Source: an uncultured Alphaproteobacteria bacterium
GTDB lineage: Bacteria > Pseudomonadota > Alphaproteobacteria > Rhizobiales > Methyloligellaceae
NCBI GenBank assembly: GCA_963825835.1
Contig: CAWGVA010000010.1
Coordinates: 26,990-90,989 of the forward strand
DNA: 64,000 bases
Direction of reading: 5' to 3'
Positions 1-10,454 of the stretch are shown here, in pieces. A program made the translations under genes and the position numbers. The notes under the pieces are model-generated. The model ran no database searches and was not told the origin of the DNA. It was given only the letters and a program-made list of their open reading frames with translations. Each line of letters opens with the position of its first letter. The stretch's first letter is position 1.

Positions 1-1656
1 GACAGCTTAAGGCTCGCGCTTGCGCAATTGAACCCCGTCGTTGGCGACATCGACGGCAATCTGAAGAAGGCGCGGGCTGCGCGGGCGGAAGCCTCGGCAA
101 AGGGCGCCGACCTGATCGCCTTCACCGAGCTTTATCTCACTGGCTACCCAATCGAAGATCTGGTGTTGAAGCCCGCGTTCCAGCAGGCAGCGCGCGAGGC
201 CTGCGAGGCCTTCGCCCGCGACACGAGCGGCGGCGGCCCTGCCGTGCTCATTGGCCTTCCCTGGGCGGAAGGCCCGTTCGTGTACAACGCCGTGGCCTAT
301 TTGGACCGGGGCCGCATCGAGGCGGTCAGGCTCAAATACAATCTGCCCAATTACGGGGTGTTCGACGAGAAGCGGGTTTTTGCCCCAGGTCCACTGCCGG
401 AACCGATCGACGTGAGGGGGGTTTCGCTCGGCGTGCCGGTGTGTGAGGACATCTGGAGCGAGGAGGCCTGCAGGGCGCTGGCCAAGGCAGGCGCTGGGCT
501 TCTCATCGTGCCGAATGGCTCGCCCTATTGGATGGACAAGCAGGGTCAGCGCTATTCGATCGCGCAGGCGCGCATCGCCGAGACCGGCCTCCCGCTTGCC
601 TATGTCAATCAGGTCGGAGGTCAGGACGAGCTTGTGTTCGACGGTGCCTCCTTTGTGCTCAACGCCGACGGCATCCTCGCCGTGCAAATGCCGGCGTGGG
701 AAGAGGCGCTGGGCGTGACCGAATGGCGCAAGGACGGAAAGCGCTGGCGCTGCCTTCCTCAGCCTCTCGCCGAGATCGAGCAGGGCGACGCCGCCAACTA
801 CCTCGCTTGCGTCACGGGTTTGCGCGACTATGTGGAGAAGAACGGCTTCCCCGGCGTGGTGCTTGGGCTCTCGGGCGGCATCGACTCCGCACTTTGCGTG
901 GCTATGGCCGTGGATGCGCTTGACGCCAAACGCGTGCATGGCGTCATGCTGCCCTATCTTTACACCAGCAACGAGAGCCTAAACGATGCGGCACAGACCG
1001 CCGAGGCGCTGGGCATCCGCTACGACATCATGCCGATCTCTCCGGCTGTGGAGGGGCTCACCAAGAGTCTCGCGACGATCTCCGACGGCGGCGACTCAGG
1101 CACGGCCGAGGAGAACTTGCAGTCGCGCGCCCGCGGCACGCTGCTCATGGGGCTCTCCAACAAATTCGGTCCGATGGTGATCACCACCGGCAACAAGTCG
1201 GAGGTGTCGGTCGGCTATGCGACGCTCTATGGCGATATGAATGGCGGGTTCAACCCGATCAAGGATTTGTATAAGACGCAAGTCTATGCCCTTGCCCGCT
1301 ATCGCAATCGCGAGCGGCCGAAGGGCTGCCTCGGGCCCACCGGCCGCGTCATCCCGGAGAATGTCCTGACCAAGGCGCCGACGGCGGAGCTGAAGCATAA
1401 CCAGCGCGATCAGGACACGCTGCCTCCTTACGACGTGCTCGACGACATTCTCAACTGCCTGGTCGAGCTCGAGCTGCCGTTGGCTGAGATCGTGGCGCGC
1501 GGCCATGCGGCGGAGGTCGTGAAGAAGGTGGAGCGCATGCTCTACCTCGCCGAGTACAAGCGCCGGCAGGCGGCGCCAGGGGTAAAGATCACCGCCAAGA
1601 ATTTCGGCCGCGACCGGCGCTATCCCATCACCAACAAGTTCCGCGAGAAGCTTTAG
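1..1656 (+). CDS. nadE: Glutamine-dependent NAD+ synthetase, 5' end outside window
   Basis: Frame is open from base 1 ([16 protein letters not shown]...), so the track start at 28 is internal. N-terminal CN-hydrolase-like domain plus C-terminal NAD synthetase domain with SGGIDS PP-loop. Confidence 0.9.
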   Translation, partial: DSLRLALAQLNPVVGDIDGNLKKARAARAEASAKGADLIAFTELYLTGYPIEDLVLKPAFQQAAREACEAFARDTSGGGPAVLIGLPWAEGPFVYNAVAYLDRGRIEAVRLKYNLPNYGVFDEKRVFAPGPLPEPIDVRGVSLGVPVCEDIWSEEACRALAKAGAGLLIVPNGSPYWMDKQGQRYSIAQARIAETGLPLAYVNQVGGQDELVFDGASFVLNADGILAVQMPAWEEALGVTEWRKDGKRWRCLPQPLAEIEQGDAANYLACVTGLRDYVEKNGFPGVVLGLSGGIDSALCVAMAVDALDAKRVHGVMLPYLYTSNESLNDAAQTAEALGIRYDIMPISPAVEGLTKSLATISDGGDSGTAEENLQSRARGTLLMGLSNKFGPMVITTGNKSEVSVGYATLYGDMNGGFNPIKDLYKTQVYALARYRNRERPKGCLGPTGRVIPENVLTKAPTAELKHNQRDQDTLPPYDVLDDILNCLVELELPLAEIVARGHAAEVVKKVERMLYLAEYKRRQAAPGVKITAKNFGRDRRYPITNKFREKL

Positions 1657-1657
1657 C

Positions 1658-2995
1658 ATGAGCGTCACCGTACGCTTCGCGCCAAGCCCGACCGGCCGCC
1701 TGCACGCCGGCAATATCCGCACCGCGCTCCTCAACTGCATGTTCGCGCAGCAGCGGGGAGGGCGGCTTCTGCTGCGTCTCGACGACACCGACCGCGAGCG
1801 TTCCACCGAAGAGTTCGCCGACGGCATCCGCGAAGACTTGACCTGGCTCGGTCTTGCCTGGGACCGCGAGGTGAAACAGTCCGACCGCTTCGCGATCTAT
1901 GACGCAGCGGTGGAGAAGCTCAAAGCGAGCGGAAGGCTCTATCCGGCCTACGAGACGCAGGACGAGCTCGAGTTGAAGCGGAAGCGCCAGCTCGCCCGTG
2001 GGCGCCCGCCGGTCTACGACCGCGCCGCGCTGAAGCTCACCGACGCCGACCGCGAGAAATTGGAGTCAGCCGGACAAACTCCCCATTGGCGCTTCAAGCT
2101 CGAGACGCGCGACGTGGTGTGGAACGATCTCATCCGCGGCGAGCAGCATGTGGACGCAGCCTCGCTGTCAGACCCGGTGCTGGTCCGCGCCGACGGCAGC
2201 TATCTCTATACGCTGCCGAGCGTCGTCGACGACATCGACCTCGGCATCACTCATGTGGTGCGCGGCGAAGATCACGTCGCCAACACGGCACCGCAGATTC
2301 AGCTGTTCGGGGCGCTGGGCGCCGAGCCTCCCGCCTTCGGCCATCACAATCTCCTGGTTGGCCCCGAGGGCCAGGCTCTGTCCAAGCGCGACCGGGCGCT
2401 GTCCATCCAGGGTATGCGCGAGGAGGGGCTAGAGCCGCTGGCAGTGGCGAGTTATTCGACCGTCATAGGCACCTCCGATACTGTCGCTCCGCATGCGAAC
2501 CTGCATGAGCTTGTGGTCCGCTTCTCCTTCGGGAAAATGTCGCGGGCGCCGGCACGATTCGACGTGGAGGAGTTGCGCGGGCTGAACGCAAAGCTGCTGC
2601 ACGCGCTCCCATACGAAGCGGTCGCGCCCCGTTTGCACGACATGGGCATCAAAGACGGCCAGGCGTTTTGGCGCGCGGTGCGCTCCAATCTCGCGGTGCT
2701 GTCCGATGCGGGCGCCTGGTGGCTTGTGGTGAAGGGGCCGCTTCAGCCGGTGATTGCCGACGCCGCCCTGTGCGAGCAGGCCGCGGCGCTGCTTCCGCCT
2801 GAGCCGTGGGACGAATCGACCTGGGAGCGATGGGCCGCCGACGTGAAGCAGGCGAGCGGTATCAAGGGCAAGGCGTTGTTCCAGCCTTTGCGGCTCGCGC
2901 TCACGGGCCGCGAGCATGGACCTGAGCTCAAGCTGCTCTTGCCGCTGGTCGGCCGGGAGCGCGCGCTTGCGCGGCTCGAAGGCAAGACTGCCTGA
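1658..2995 (+). CDS. gltX: Glutamate--tRNA ligase
   Basis: Class I aaRS signatures [11 protein letters not shown] (HIGH-type) and ALSKR (KMSKS-type). 445 aa, starts 2 nt after the nadE stop. Confidence 0.9.
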   Translation: MSVTVRFAPSPTGRLHAGNIRTALLNCMFAQQRGGRLLLRLDDTDRERSTEEFADGIREDLTWLGLAWDREVKQSDRFAIYDAAVEKLKASGRLYPAYETQDELELKRKRQLARGRPPVYDRAALKLTDADREKLESAGQTPHWRFKLETRDVVWNDLIRGEQHVDAASLSDPVLVRADGSYLYTLPSVVDDIDLGITHVVRGEDHVANTAPQIQLFGALGAEPPAFGHHNLLVGPEGQALSKRDRALSIQGMREEGLEPLAVASYSTVIGTSDTVAPHANLHELVVRFSFGKMSRAPARFDVEELRGLNAKLLHALPYEAVAPRLHDMGIKDGQAFWRAVRSNLAVLSDAGAWWLVVKGPLQPVIADAALCEQAAALLPPEPWDESTWERWAADVKQASGIKGKALFQPLRLALTGREHGPELKLLLPLVGRERALARLEGKTA

Positions 2996-3004
2996 TCGCT
3001 AAAA

Positions 3005-4168
3005 CTATTGTGGCGCCGGGGCTGGTGTACGTTTGGCGACGCTCGACTGCTGCGGCGCCGCATCCGCCGCTGCCGCCGGAGCTGCATCTGTCGGCGGAGC
3101 CGGGGCCTCGGCTTGGGTTGCGGGCGCGCCGGCATTCGGTGTTGAGCCGGTCACATCGAGTTGCGCCGGCTGCGGAGCTGGAGCTGCCGCCTGGGCCGTT
3201 GGCGCGGCACCCTTCTTCTTGCCGGGCTTGCCTGGCGCGGGCGTCGCTTCGGCCTTCTGGTTCGCCGCCTCAATCTCAGTCGGATTGTATTCGTCCGCCT
3301 TGCACGAGCAGCCCTTGATATACGACTTGCGGTATTTGAAGGCCGCCGGCAGGTCCGCATAGGCCGTGCCATTCAGTGAAATGGCCTGATCAATTTCCTG
3401 GCCAGGATTGCGATAGACGTAGAGCTCGGCCGGCGCCGCGCAACTCGATTGGCAGACGGTGGCGTCCTGGGCCAAGCGGTTGGCATAGGTCTGATAGCTC
3501 ACCGGGAAGAAAAATCCGTCGCAGGTCCGCACGCAAACCGAACGGTAGCGTCCGTTCGGATCGATGCTGCGATAGACCGGAGTTTCAGGCTGCTGCGCCT
3601 CCTGCTCGTCGTTGCCACGGCCGAACCAACCGAACAATCCGCCGCCGCCGCTGTCGCGGCGCGCCTGCTGCGGCATCGGCCTGCCGCCGGTGCAGCCGTT
3701 GCGGGCAAGCGCATCCATAAGCTCGGCCTGGCGCCGGCGATTGCCCCGCCCGCCCGCGATCGCGTCGCGTTGCGCCTGGAACTGCTCAACCTGACGCCTT
3801 GCGTCCTCGACCTGGTCGTTCATCTTGAGGCATTTGGGGCTGCGCACCAGTCCGCGTCCGAAGATGAGGAAGCCCCTCTCGAAGCAACCGGCATCCTCCA
3901 TCGCCGCCTGGGTCCCCTGGTAGAGGCGGGTCGCATTTTGAATTTGCTTGTCGATGCCGGGCAGCTCCTCGCGGCCGCCGCCGCCTTGAGCGCCGGCGAG
4001 CTCCTGCTGCAGCTGCATGCAACGGATCTGGTGGTCGCTGTCCTGGGCGAGCGTGTCACCTGCCACGAAAGTGACGGCAGCGCAGCACAGGGCAAGGACG
4101 GCGAGATTACGGTAGCGGCCGACGCGGCGCGCCGGAGAAGCGGGCGAAAGCTCGTGACGGGCGTTCAA
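3005..4168 (-). CDS. DUF2865-type secreted protein with Ala/Pro-rich C-terminus
   Basis: N-terminal hydrophobic signal-like segment. Conserved Cys block YRSVCVRTCDGFFFPVSY...CQSSC...GCSCK is typical of the DUF2865 family of Rhizobiales. Confidence 0.7.
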   Translation of the reverse strand: MNARHELSPASPARRVGRYRNLAVLALCCAAVTFVAGDTLAQDSDHQIRCMQLQQELAGAQGGGGREELPGIDKQIQNATRLYQGTQAAMEDAGCFERGFLIFGRGLVRSPKCLKMNDQVEDARRQVEQFQAQRDAIAGGRGNRRRQAELMDALARNGCTGGRPMPQQARRDSGGGGLFGWFGRGNDEQEAQQPETPVYRSIDPNGRYRSVCVRTCDGFFFPVSYQTYANRLAQDATVCQSSCAAPAELYVYRNPGQEIDQAISLNGTAYADLPAAFKYRKSYIKGCSCKADEYNPTEIEAANQKAEATPAPGKPGKKKGAAPTAQAAAPAPQPAQLDVTGSTPNAGAPATQAEAPAPPTDAAPAAAADAAPQQSSVAKRTPAPAPQ

Positions 4169-4465
4169 GTCTTGGCGTTTCCGAATGATGGCGACCCCCG
4201 AAAGGCCGTTGCGGCCCGGGCCTTAGGCCGTCCGCATTATGCCCGGCCAAGCTTAGGGGTCAATGCGGCATGAATAAGATGCCGAGCTTGACGGAGTTAA
4301 GGTTTGCGGCCATAAGCTCAGCCGTCATGGCGCAAGAACAACGCATCCTTATCATTTTCTGCGGCATTATTCCGGTCTAGCACAGAGCTGGCCCGGTCGT
4401 TCTTCCCTTACCTTTCACCTCCGCAAAAGAACCGAACGCCGGCCGGCCGTAAGGCAACGAGGCTA

Positions 4466-5893
4466 TTGGTGGCGCTCAGGCTCTACAACACGCTCACTCG
4501 CAAGAAGGAGCCGTTCCAACCCATAGATGCGGGCAATGTCCGCATGTATGTGTGCGGGCCGACGGTCTACGACTTTGCCCATATCGGCAATGCGCGCCCC
4601 GTGATCGTGTTCGACGTGCTGTTCCGGCTGCTCCGCCATCTCTATGGCCCGGAGCACGTCACCTATGTGCGCAACATCACCGACGTCGACGACAAGATCA
4701 ATGCGCGGGCGGCTCAGGACTATCCGAACCTTCCGCTGAACGAGGCGATCCGCCGCGTTACTGAGAAGACCGAGCAGCAGTTCCACGACGACGTGGCGGC
4801 GCTCGGTTGCCTGACGCCCACCGTCGAGCCGCGGGCGACGGAGCACATCGCTGCGATGAAAGAGATGATCGACGGGCTCGTTGCCAATGGCTGCGCCTAT
4901 GTCGCCGAGGACCACGTTCTGTTCGATGTCGCGGCCATGCCCGACTACGGCAAGCTGTCGGGCCGATCGCTTGACGAGATGATCGCCGGTGCCCGGGTGG
5001 AGGTTGCGCCCTACAAGCGCGACCCGATGGACTTCGTGCTGTGGAAGCCGTCGAAACCCGGCGAGCCGTCATGGACCTCGCCTGCCGGCATTGTGGCGCC
5101 GGGGCGTCCCGGCTGGCACATCGAATGCTCGGCCATGTCGTGGAAGCATCTCGGCGAGACTTTCGACATCCATGGCGGTGGCATCGACCTCGTCTTCCCG
5201 CATCATGAGAACGAGATCGCGCAGTCGCGCTGCGCCTTCCACACGCCGGTCATGGCCAATTACTGGCTGCATAACGGGTTCCTCCAAGTGGAGGGTGAGA
5301 AGATGGCGAAGAGCCTCGGCAACTTCGTCACCATCCATGAGCTGCTCACGCAGAGAAAATTTGGAAATCAGCCATGGCACGGCCGTGTTGTTCGCCTCGC
5401 TATGCTCTCCACACAATACCGGCAGCCGCTCGACTGGACAGTGGATCGACTTGCACAAGCGCGAAGTACCCTCATTGAGTGGGCTGAGTTCCTGCGAGAC
5501 GCCCCCTCGGGGGATCAATTGGACAGCGAGTTTGTCAGTGCACTTGAGGATGATCTCAACGCTCCTAGCGCCATGACCGTGCTGTATGGTTGGGCAAATG
5601 GCGCGCGGAGGCGGTCCGTACCGGATGTTAAGCGGCTGAAGGCCGCTGCACGATTTCTGGCTGTCTACGACAACGAGAGGCCAGCAGATTTTGCTGTCGG
5701 TTATGAAGTCACAAGCATGGACAAGGCCGACGTGGACATGAAGATCGCGCAGCGGCACGCTGCACGCAAGGCGAAGGACTTCAAGGAAGCCGATCGCATC
5801 CGCGATGAGCTGGCTGCCATGGGCATCGAGTTGAAGGACGCGAAGGACCCCAAGACCGGCGAGCTTGTCACCACTTGGGAGGTCGCCCGATGA
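4466..5893 (+). CDS. cysS: Cysteine--tRNA ligase
   Basis: [16 protein letters not shown] (HIGH) and KMAKSLGN (KMSKS) motifs over a full-length 475 aa. Confidence 0.95.
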   Translation: MVALRLYNTLTRKKEPFQPIDAGNVRMYVCGPTVYDFAHIGNARPVIVFDVLFRLLRHLYGPEHVTYVRNITDVDDKINARAAQDYPNLPLNEAIRRVTEKTEQQFHDDVAALGCLTPTVEPRATEHIAAMKEMIDGLVANGCAYVAEDHVLFDVAAMPDYGKLSGRSLDEMIAGARVEVAPYKRDPMDFVLWKPSKPGEPSWTSPAGIVAPGRPGWHIECSAMSWKHLGETFDIHGGGIDLVFPHHENEIAQSRCAFHTPVMANYWLHNGFLQVEGEKMAKSLGNFVTIHELLTQRKFGNQPWHGRVVRLAMLSTQYRQPLDWTVDRLAQARSTLIEWAEFLRDAPSGDQLDSEFVSALEDDLNAPSAMTVLYGWANGARRRSVPDVKRLKAAARFLAVYDNERPADFAVGYEVTSMDKADVDMKIAQRHAARKAKDFKEADRIRDELAAMGIELKDAKDPKTGELVTTWEVAR

Positions 5894-7494
5894 CCCGCGA
5901 GCGGCTCTATCTCTATGACACGACGCTCAGGGACGGCGCGCAGACCCAGGGCGTCGACTTCTCGCTCGAGGACAAGGGGCTGATCGCCCAGCAACTCGAC
6001 GTGCTCGGCATCGACTATATCGAGGCGGGATATCCGGGCGCCAATCCAACCGACACGAAGCTCTTCGCCGCGCCGCAGAAGCTTGGATTGGCCAAGCTCA
6101 CCGCCTTCGGCATGACCAAGCGGCCTGGCCGTTCGATCGCGAACGATCCTGGCTTCCAGGCGGTGCTCGCGGCGAAGGCACCGGCCATCTGTCTCGTCGC
6201 CAAGACCTGGGACTTCCATGTCGAGGTGGCGCTCGGCATCAGCCTCGAGGAGAATTTGCAAGCCGTCGCTGACTCGGTTGCGGCCGTCGTCGCCTCGGGG
6301 CGCGAGGCGCTCGTCGACTGCGAGCATTTCTTCGACGGCTACAAGGCCAATTCCGATTACGCGCTCGCCTGCGCCGAGGCGGCCTACGAGGCCGGCGCCC
6401 GCTGGGTGGTGCTGTGCGACACCAATGGCGGCACGCTGCCTGAGGAGATCGAGCGGATCGTGGTCGAGGTTGTGCAGCACATCCCCGGCGACCATGTCGG
6501 CATCCATGTGCATAACGACACCGACAATGGCGTGGCCAATTCGCTCGCCGCGGTGCGCGCCGGCGCCCGACAGATCCAAGGCACGCTGAACGGGCTTGGC
6601 GAGCGTTGCGGCAACGCCAACCTTACCTCCATCATCCCGACACTGTTGCTCAAGACTGACTATGCGGCGCGCTTCGAGACCGGGGTGACGCCGGACAAGC
6701 TCAAGACGCTCACCCACGCCTCGCGCATTCTCGATGAGCTTCTCAATCGCGCGCCGAACCGCCGCGCACCCTATGTCGGCGAGTCAGCCTTCGCCCATAA
6801 AGGCGGCATCCATGTCTCTGCCGTGCAGAAGGACCCGCGCACCTACGAGCACGTGCCGCCGGAGGCGGTGGGCAACCGGCGGAGACTGCTTGTCTCCGAC
6901 CAGGGCGGACGCTCAAACATTCTCGCCGAGCTCGACCGCATCGGCATCGCCGTGCCGAAGAACGATCCGCGCATCGCCAGGCTGCTCGACGAGGTGAAGG
7001 AGCGCGAGGCTAATGGCTATGCCTATGAGGCGGCGGACGCTTCCTTCGAGCTGCTCGCCCGCCGCATTCTCGGCAATGTGCCGCAGTTCTTCGACGTCGA
7101 GTCGTTCCGGGTCATGGTCGAGCGCCGCCACAACGCCGTGGGCGACCTCGTCACCGTGTCGGAGGCGACAGTGAAGGTGCGCATCGACGGCGAGACCATG
7201 CTGTCGGTGGGCGAAGGGAACGGCCCGGTGAACGCGCTCGACACGGCGCTGCGCAAGGATCTGGGCCGCTATCAGAGCTATATCTCCGACCTCGAGCTCG
7301 TCGACTACAAGGTGCGTATCCTCACGGGCGGCACCGACGCCGTGACGCGGGTTTTGATCGAGAGCCGGGACGGGGAGGGGAACCGCTGGTTCACCGTCGG
7401 CGTCTCACCGAACATCGTCGATGCATCGTTCGAAGCGTTGCTCGATTCGATTAACTACAAGCTGATCCGCGACGGCGCGACCGCGCCTCAATAG
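5890..7494 (+). CDS. cimA: Citramalate synthase / LeuA-family (HMGL-like) enzyme
   Basis: [26 protein letters not shown]-terminus, HVHNDTDNG metal site and C-terminal LeuA-dimer-like domain. ATG at 5890 overlaps the cysS stop (ATGA). Confidence 0.8.
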   Translation: MTRERLYLYDTTLRDGAQTQGVDFSLEDKGLIAQQLDVLGIDYIEAGYPGANPTDTKLFAAPQKLGLAKLTAFGMTKRPGRSIANDPGFQAVLAAKAPAICLVAKTWDFHVEVALGISLEENLQAVADSVAAVVASGREALVDCEHFFDGYKANSDYALACAEAAYEAGARWVVLCDTNGGTLPEEIERIVVEVVQHIPGDHVGIHVHNDTDNGVANSLAAVRAGARQIQGTLNGLGERCGNANLTSIIPTLLLKTDYAARFETGVTPDKLKTLTHASRILDELLNRAPNRRAPYVGESAFAHKGGIHVSAVQKDPRTYEHVPPEAVGNRRRLLVSDQGGRSNILAELDRIGIAVPKNDPRIARLLDEVKEREANGYAYEAADASFELLARRILGNVPQFFDVESFRVMVERRHNAVGDLVTVSEATVKVRIDGETMLSVGEGNGPVNALDTALRKDLGRYQSYISDLELVDYKVRILTGGTDAVTRVLIESRDGEGNRWFTVGVSPNIVDASFEALLDSINYKLIRDGATAPQ

Positions 7495-7499
7495 GACAC

Positions 7500-8117
7500 T
7501 CAGAACTTCGCGGTGACCTTGGCTTCGGCCTCAGCTTCCGCGGTCTCGTCGCGGGGAATAAGCGCGCGGGTGATGGCGGGAATGATCGCATCCACCCGGT
7601 CCACCACCTCGAGGTGAAGCTCGAGCCCGGGGCGGATGAAGCTTTCTTCCCGCATGCGCGCGAACAGCGACAATAGCGGGTCCCAGAAGCCGTCGATATT
7701 GGCGAGCACGATCGGCTTTTGATGCTGCTCGAGCTGCGACCAGGTGAGCTGCTCGACGAACTCCTCCAATGTGCCGAGACCGCCAGGCAGCGCCACGAAA
7801 GCGTCCGACTTCATGAACATCAAATGCTTCCGCTGATGCATATTGTCGACCACAACCAATTCATGAGCTTCGAGCAGCATGTGCTCACGCGCGCTCAAGA
7901 AAGCGGGGATGATGCCCGTGACCCTGCCGCGGTGGCGGATCACCGAGCGCGCCGTCTCTCCCATGAGCCCGAGACTTCCTCCGCCATAGACGAGACCGAT
8001 GTTCTCATCGGCAAGGATGCGGCCAAAGTCGCGCGCGGCCTCGGCGAAGGCCTTATTCCGGCCGGGGCCTGACCCGCAATAGACGCAGATATTCCTAAGG
8101 TTAGCTGCTTTTTGCAT
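7500..8117 (-). CDS. LOG family (TIGR00730) nucleotide 5'-monophosphate nucleosidase
   Basis: GGGSLGLMG and PGGLGTLEE motifs. Start chosen at MQKAANLRNICVYCGSG; the ORF is open to 8153. Confidence 0.8.
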   Translation of the reverse strand: MQKAANLRNICVYCGSGPGRNKAFAEAARDFGRILADENIGLVYGGGSLGLMGETARSVIRHRGRVTGIIPAFLSAREHMLLEAHELVVVDNMHQRKHLMFMKSDAFVALPGGLGTLEEFVEQLTWSQLEQHQKPIVLANIDGFWDPLLSLFARMREESFIRPGLELHLEVVDRVDAIIPAITRALIPRDETAEAEAEAKVTAKF

Positions 8118-8298
8118 GGAACCCATGTGCCATTGGCTTCTTTGAAACGTCAAGGAAGCCTACACCGTTCGTATTGGCAGCTGGTTGTCCACAGATGTAG
8201 GGTGCGGCCATGAGCATGCGCGGCGGACTCTGCCCTTCGGTCCCTGGCGGCGAGGTAACGACAACAGGGGGGCGTTTCTCCGGAGGATCGAGCGAGAA

Positions 8299-10314
8299 AT
8301 GGGCAGCAGGTTTGTGGCGTTGTTGGTAGCAGTGATCGGCGTGATCGCCCTCGCTGCGGCAGGCATTTACCTCTATCGGCATCACGGTGCCACCCCTGGG
8401 GTCGAGGACAAGGTGGCGCAGGGCGAGAAGCCTGCTGAGCAGCCAAAGCCGGGAGAGTCGAAACCGGCCGAGACGGCGCCTTCCAAGCCCACGTCCGTGC
8501 CGAGCTTTGACCTCGTCCGCATCGAGCCGACGGGCGAAGGCGTCATTGCCGGCCGCGCCCAGCCAGGCTGGACCGTCACCTTGGAGAGCGGCGGAACCAA
8601 GATCGCCGAGACGAAGGCCGATGAGGAGGGCGCCTGGAGCGTCGTGCTCGACAAGCCTCTAGCCGCCGGGGACAATTCGCTTGAGCTGCGCGCCACCTCG
8701 CCTGATGGGACGCAGGCACTGACCGGACAGCAGCCGGTCCAGGTCGCTGTGGGCAAGCCAAGCGAGGAGCTCGCGCAGAAGGAACCTGCCGCGCAAGAAC
8801 CGGCGAAGGAAGCCGTTCCAGCCGCTCCTGAAGAGCAGGCGCCCGCCGAAGCCGCGGCACCGGAGGCGCCAAAGCCCGAGCAGCAGGCCGAGGCGCCGCA
8901 AGCCGTCCCAGGCCAGCCGGAGCCTGTGGTTCCCGACGAGAATGCTCCGCCGCCTGAGCGGCCGAAGCCTCCCGTGAAAATTGGCAAGCTCGACTATGAG
9001 GATACCGGCCCCGATAGCGGGAAGATCACGATGTCCGGCGTCGGCGTACCCAATGTGCATGTGTTCTTCTTCTATGACCAACAGCCGATTGGAGACTTGG
9101 TGATCGGCAGCGACGGCACTTGGACGTTCGAGGTCGAGAAGAAGCTCGGGGAAGGCGAGCACACCGTCCGCGCCGACACTTACGACGAGAAGACCGGTGT
9201 GGTGCAAGGGCGCGCCTCGCTTCGTCTCGGGCGTGAGCCGAAAGCTGAAGGCGCCGAAACCGCCGCACAAGAACCGCCTCCGCCTCAACCGGAGTCGGCG
9301 CGCGCGCCTGAAGCCGCCCCCGCGGAGCCTGCCGTTGCTCAAGCAGGACAGCCGTCAGGCCAACCCGAGCCGGTCTATCCTGAGGTGCAGCCACAGGAGG
9401 CGGCTTCGCCTGCGCCATCGACGTCGGTTGCCGCGGCGGAGCCGCAAGATCTGTCGTCGCAGCCTCAGCCGGTTTACCCGGAAGGAGAGGCGGCGTCAGA
9501 GGCTCCTTCGCCTGAGCCGTCCGCGCCGGTCGCCGCGGCGCAGCCGCAAGACCTGTCGTCGCAGCCTCAGCCGGTTCATCCGGAGGAGACGGCCGAGCCT
9601 GGACCAGCGGCTCAGCCGGAGGCGACCCCCGCCGAGCCTTCGGCTCCGGTCGTGGCCGAGCGGCCAAGCGAAGCCAAACCGTCAGAGCCGGCAAAGGCGC
9701 CGGTCGTGTTCAAGAGCGTCGACTACCAGGATACCGGCGCAGACTCCGGAAAGGTTGCGCTTTCCGGTACCGGCGAGCCCGGCGCGCGCCTCTTCCTCTA
9801 TTTCGACGAGACGCCGCTCGGCGAGGTGAGCGTGGGAAGCGACGGGACCTGGACGTTTGGGGCCGAGAGGAAACTCGGCACCGGCGAGCACAAGTTCCGT
9901 GCCGACAACATCGAGGAGGGTACCGGCATCGTCGTCGGCAGCGCTTCGATCGGCATCATGCGCATGGAGAAGCCTGAGCCGCCGAAGGAGGAAGTCGCTG
10001 CTGCGCCGACCTCGCCAACTCCACCGGCGCCGAAGCCTGCGTCGGAAGCGGCAACGCCCGCTCCGCAGCCTAAATCGCAAGTGGCCGCAGAGGAGGCGAA
10101 GCCTGCAGTGACGCCAGAGAAGCGCGCGGAGCGCGGGCCGCATCGTCCGAGGGTCTACACCGTGCGCCGGGGCGACACGCTGTGGGAGATCGCCGAAGCC
10201 TATTATGGCGGCGGCTGGCACTATCGCGCCATCGTGCGCGACAACCGCCGCAAGATCCACAATCCGCGTTGGATCTATCCAAGGCAGAAATTCCACATTC
10301 CTGCGGGGAGATGA
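8299..10314 (+). CDS. LysM-domain envelope protein with two Ig-like modules and Pro/Ala/Glu-rich linkers
   Basis: TM anchor MGSRFVALLVAVIGVIALAAAGIYLY and C-terminal LysM (YTVRRGDTLWEIAEAYYG...). Two paralogous ~87-aa modules (DYEDTGPDSGK... / DYQDTGADSGK...). The ORF is open from 8185. Confidence 0.8.
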   Translation: MGSRFVALLVAVIGVIALAAAGIYLYRHHGATPGVEDKVAQGEKPAEQPKPGESKPAETAPSKPTSVPSFDLVRIEPTGEGVIAGRAQPGWTVTLESGGTKIAETKADEEGAWSVVLDKPLAAGDNSLELRATSPDGTQALTGQQPVQVAVGKPSEELAQKEPAAQEPAKEAVPAAPEEQAPAEAAAPEAPKPEQQAEAPQAVPGQPEPVVPDENAPPPERPKPPVKIGKLDYEDTGPDSGKITMSGVGVPNVHVFFFYDQQPIGDLVIGSDGTWTFEVEKKLGEGEHTVRADTYDEKTGVVQGRASLRLGREPKAEGAETAAQEPPPPQPESARAPEAAPAEPAVAQAGQPSGQPEPVYPEVQPQEAASPAPSTSVAAAEPQDLSSQPQPVYPEGEAASEAPSPEPSAPVAAAQPQDLSSQPQPVHPEETAEPGPAAQPEATPAEPSAPVVAERPSEAKPSEPAKAPVVFKSVDYQDTGADSGKVALSGTGEPGARLFLYFDETPLGEVSVGSDGTWTFGAERKLGTGEHKFRADNIEEGTGIVVGSASIGIMRMEKPEPPKEEVAAAPTSPTPPAPKPASEAATPAPQPKSQVAAEEAKPAVTPEKRAERGPHRPRVYTVRRGDTLWEIAEAYYGGGWHYRAIVRDNRRKIHNPRWIYPRQKFHIPAGR

Positions 10315-10391
10315 TCGCTGCAGGGGCCGGACTTCGCGGCGGCGGCTGCTTGAGGCCGCCCGACCCCGGTACTATATGCTCGAGAGGCTAG

Positions 10392-10420
10392 GGGGTAGCG
10401 CTTCGACGCTACCCCTTTTT
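10392..10420 (+). terminator. Intrinsic terminator after the LysM gene
   Basis: GGGGTAGCG-cttcga-CGCTACCCC followed by TTTTT. Confidence 0.7.
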
Positions 10421-10454
10421 GCCGCGTAGGCACTCTCGGGGTAAACATTTTTCC

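Noticed and set aside
5701-6717. 338-aa minus-strand ORF antisense to cysS/cimA. The same class includes 7..939, 1096..1827, 12172..12765, 12961..13647, 16462..17070, 42800..43858, 47219..48115, 48508..49449, 51435..52334, 55894..57066 and 58289..59347.
   Set aside because: All lie antisense to strongly recognisable conserved genes and have R/G/A/P/H-rich low-information translations. These are classic high-GC shadow ORFs.
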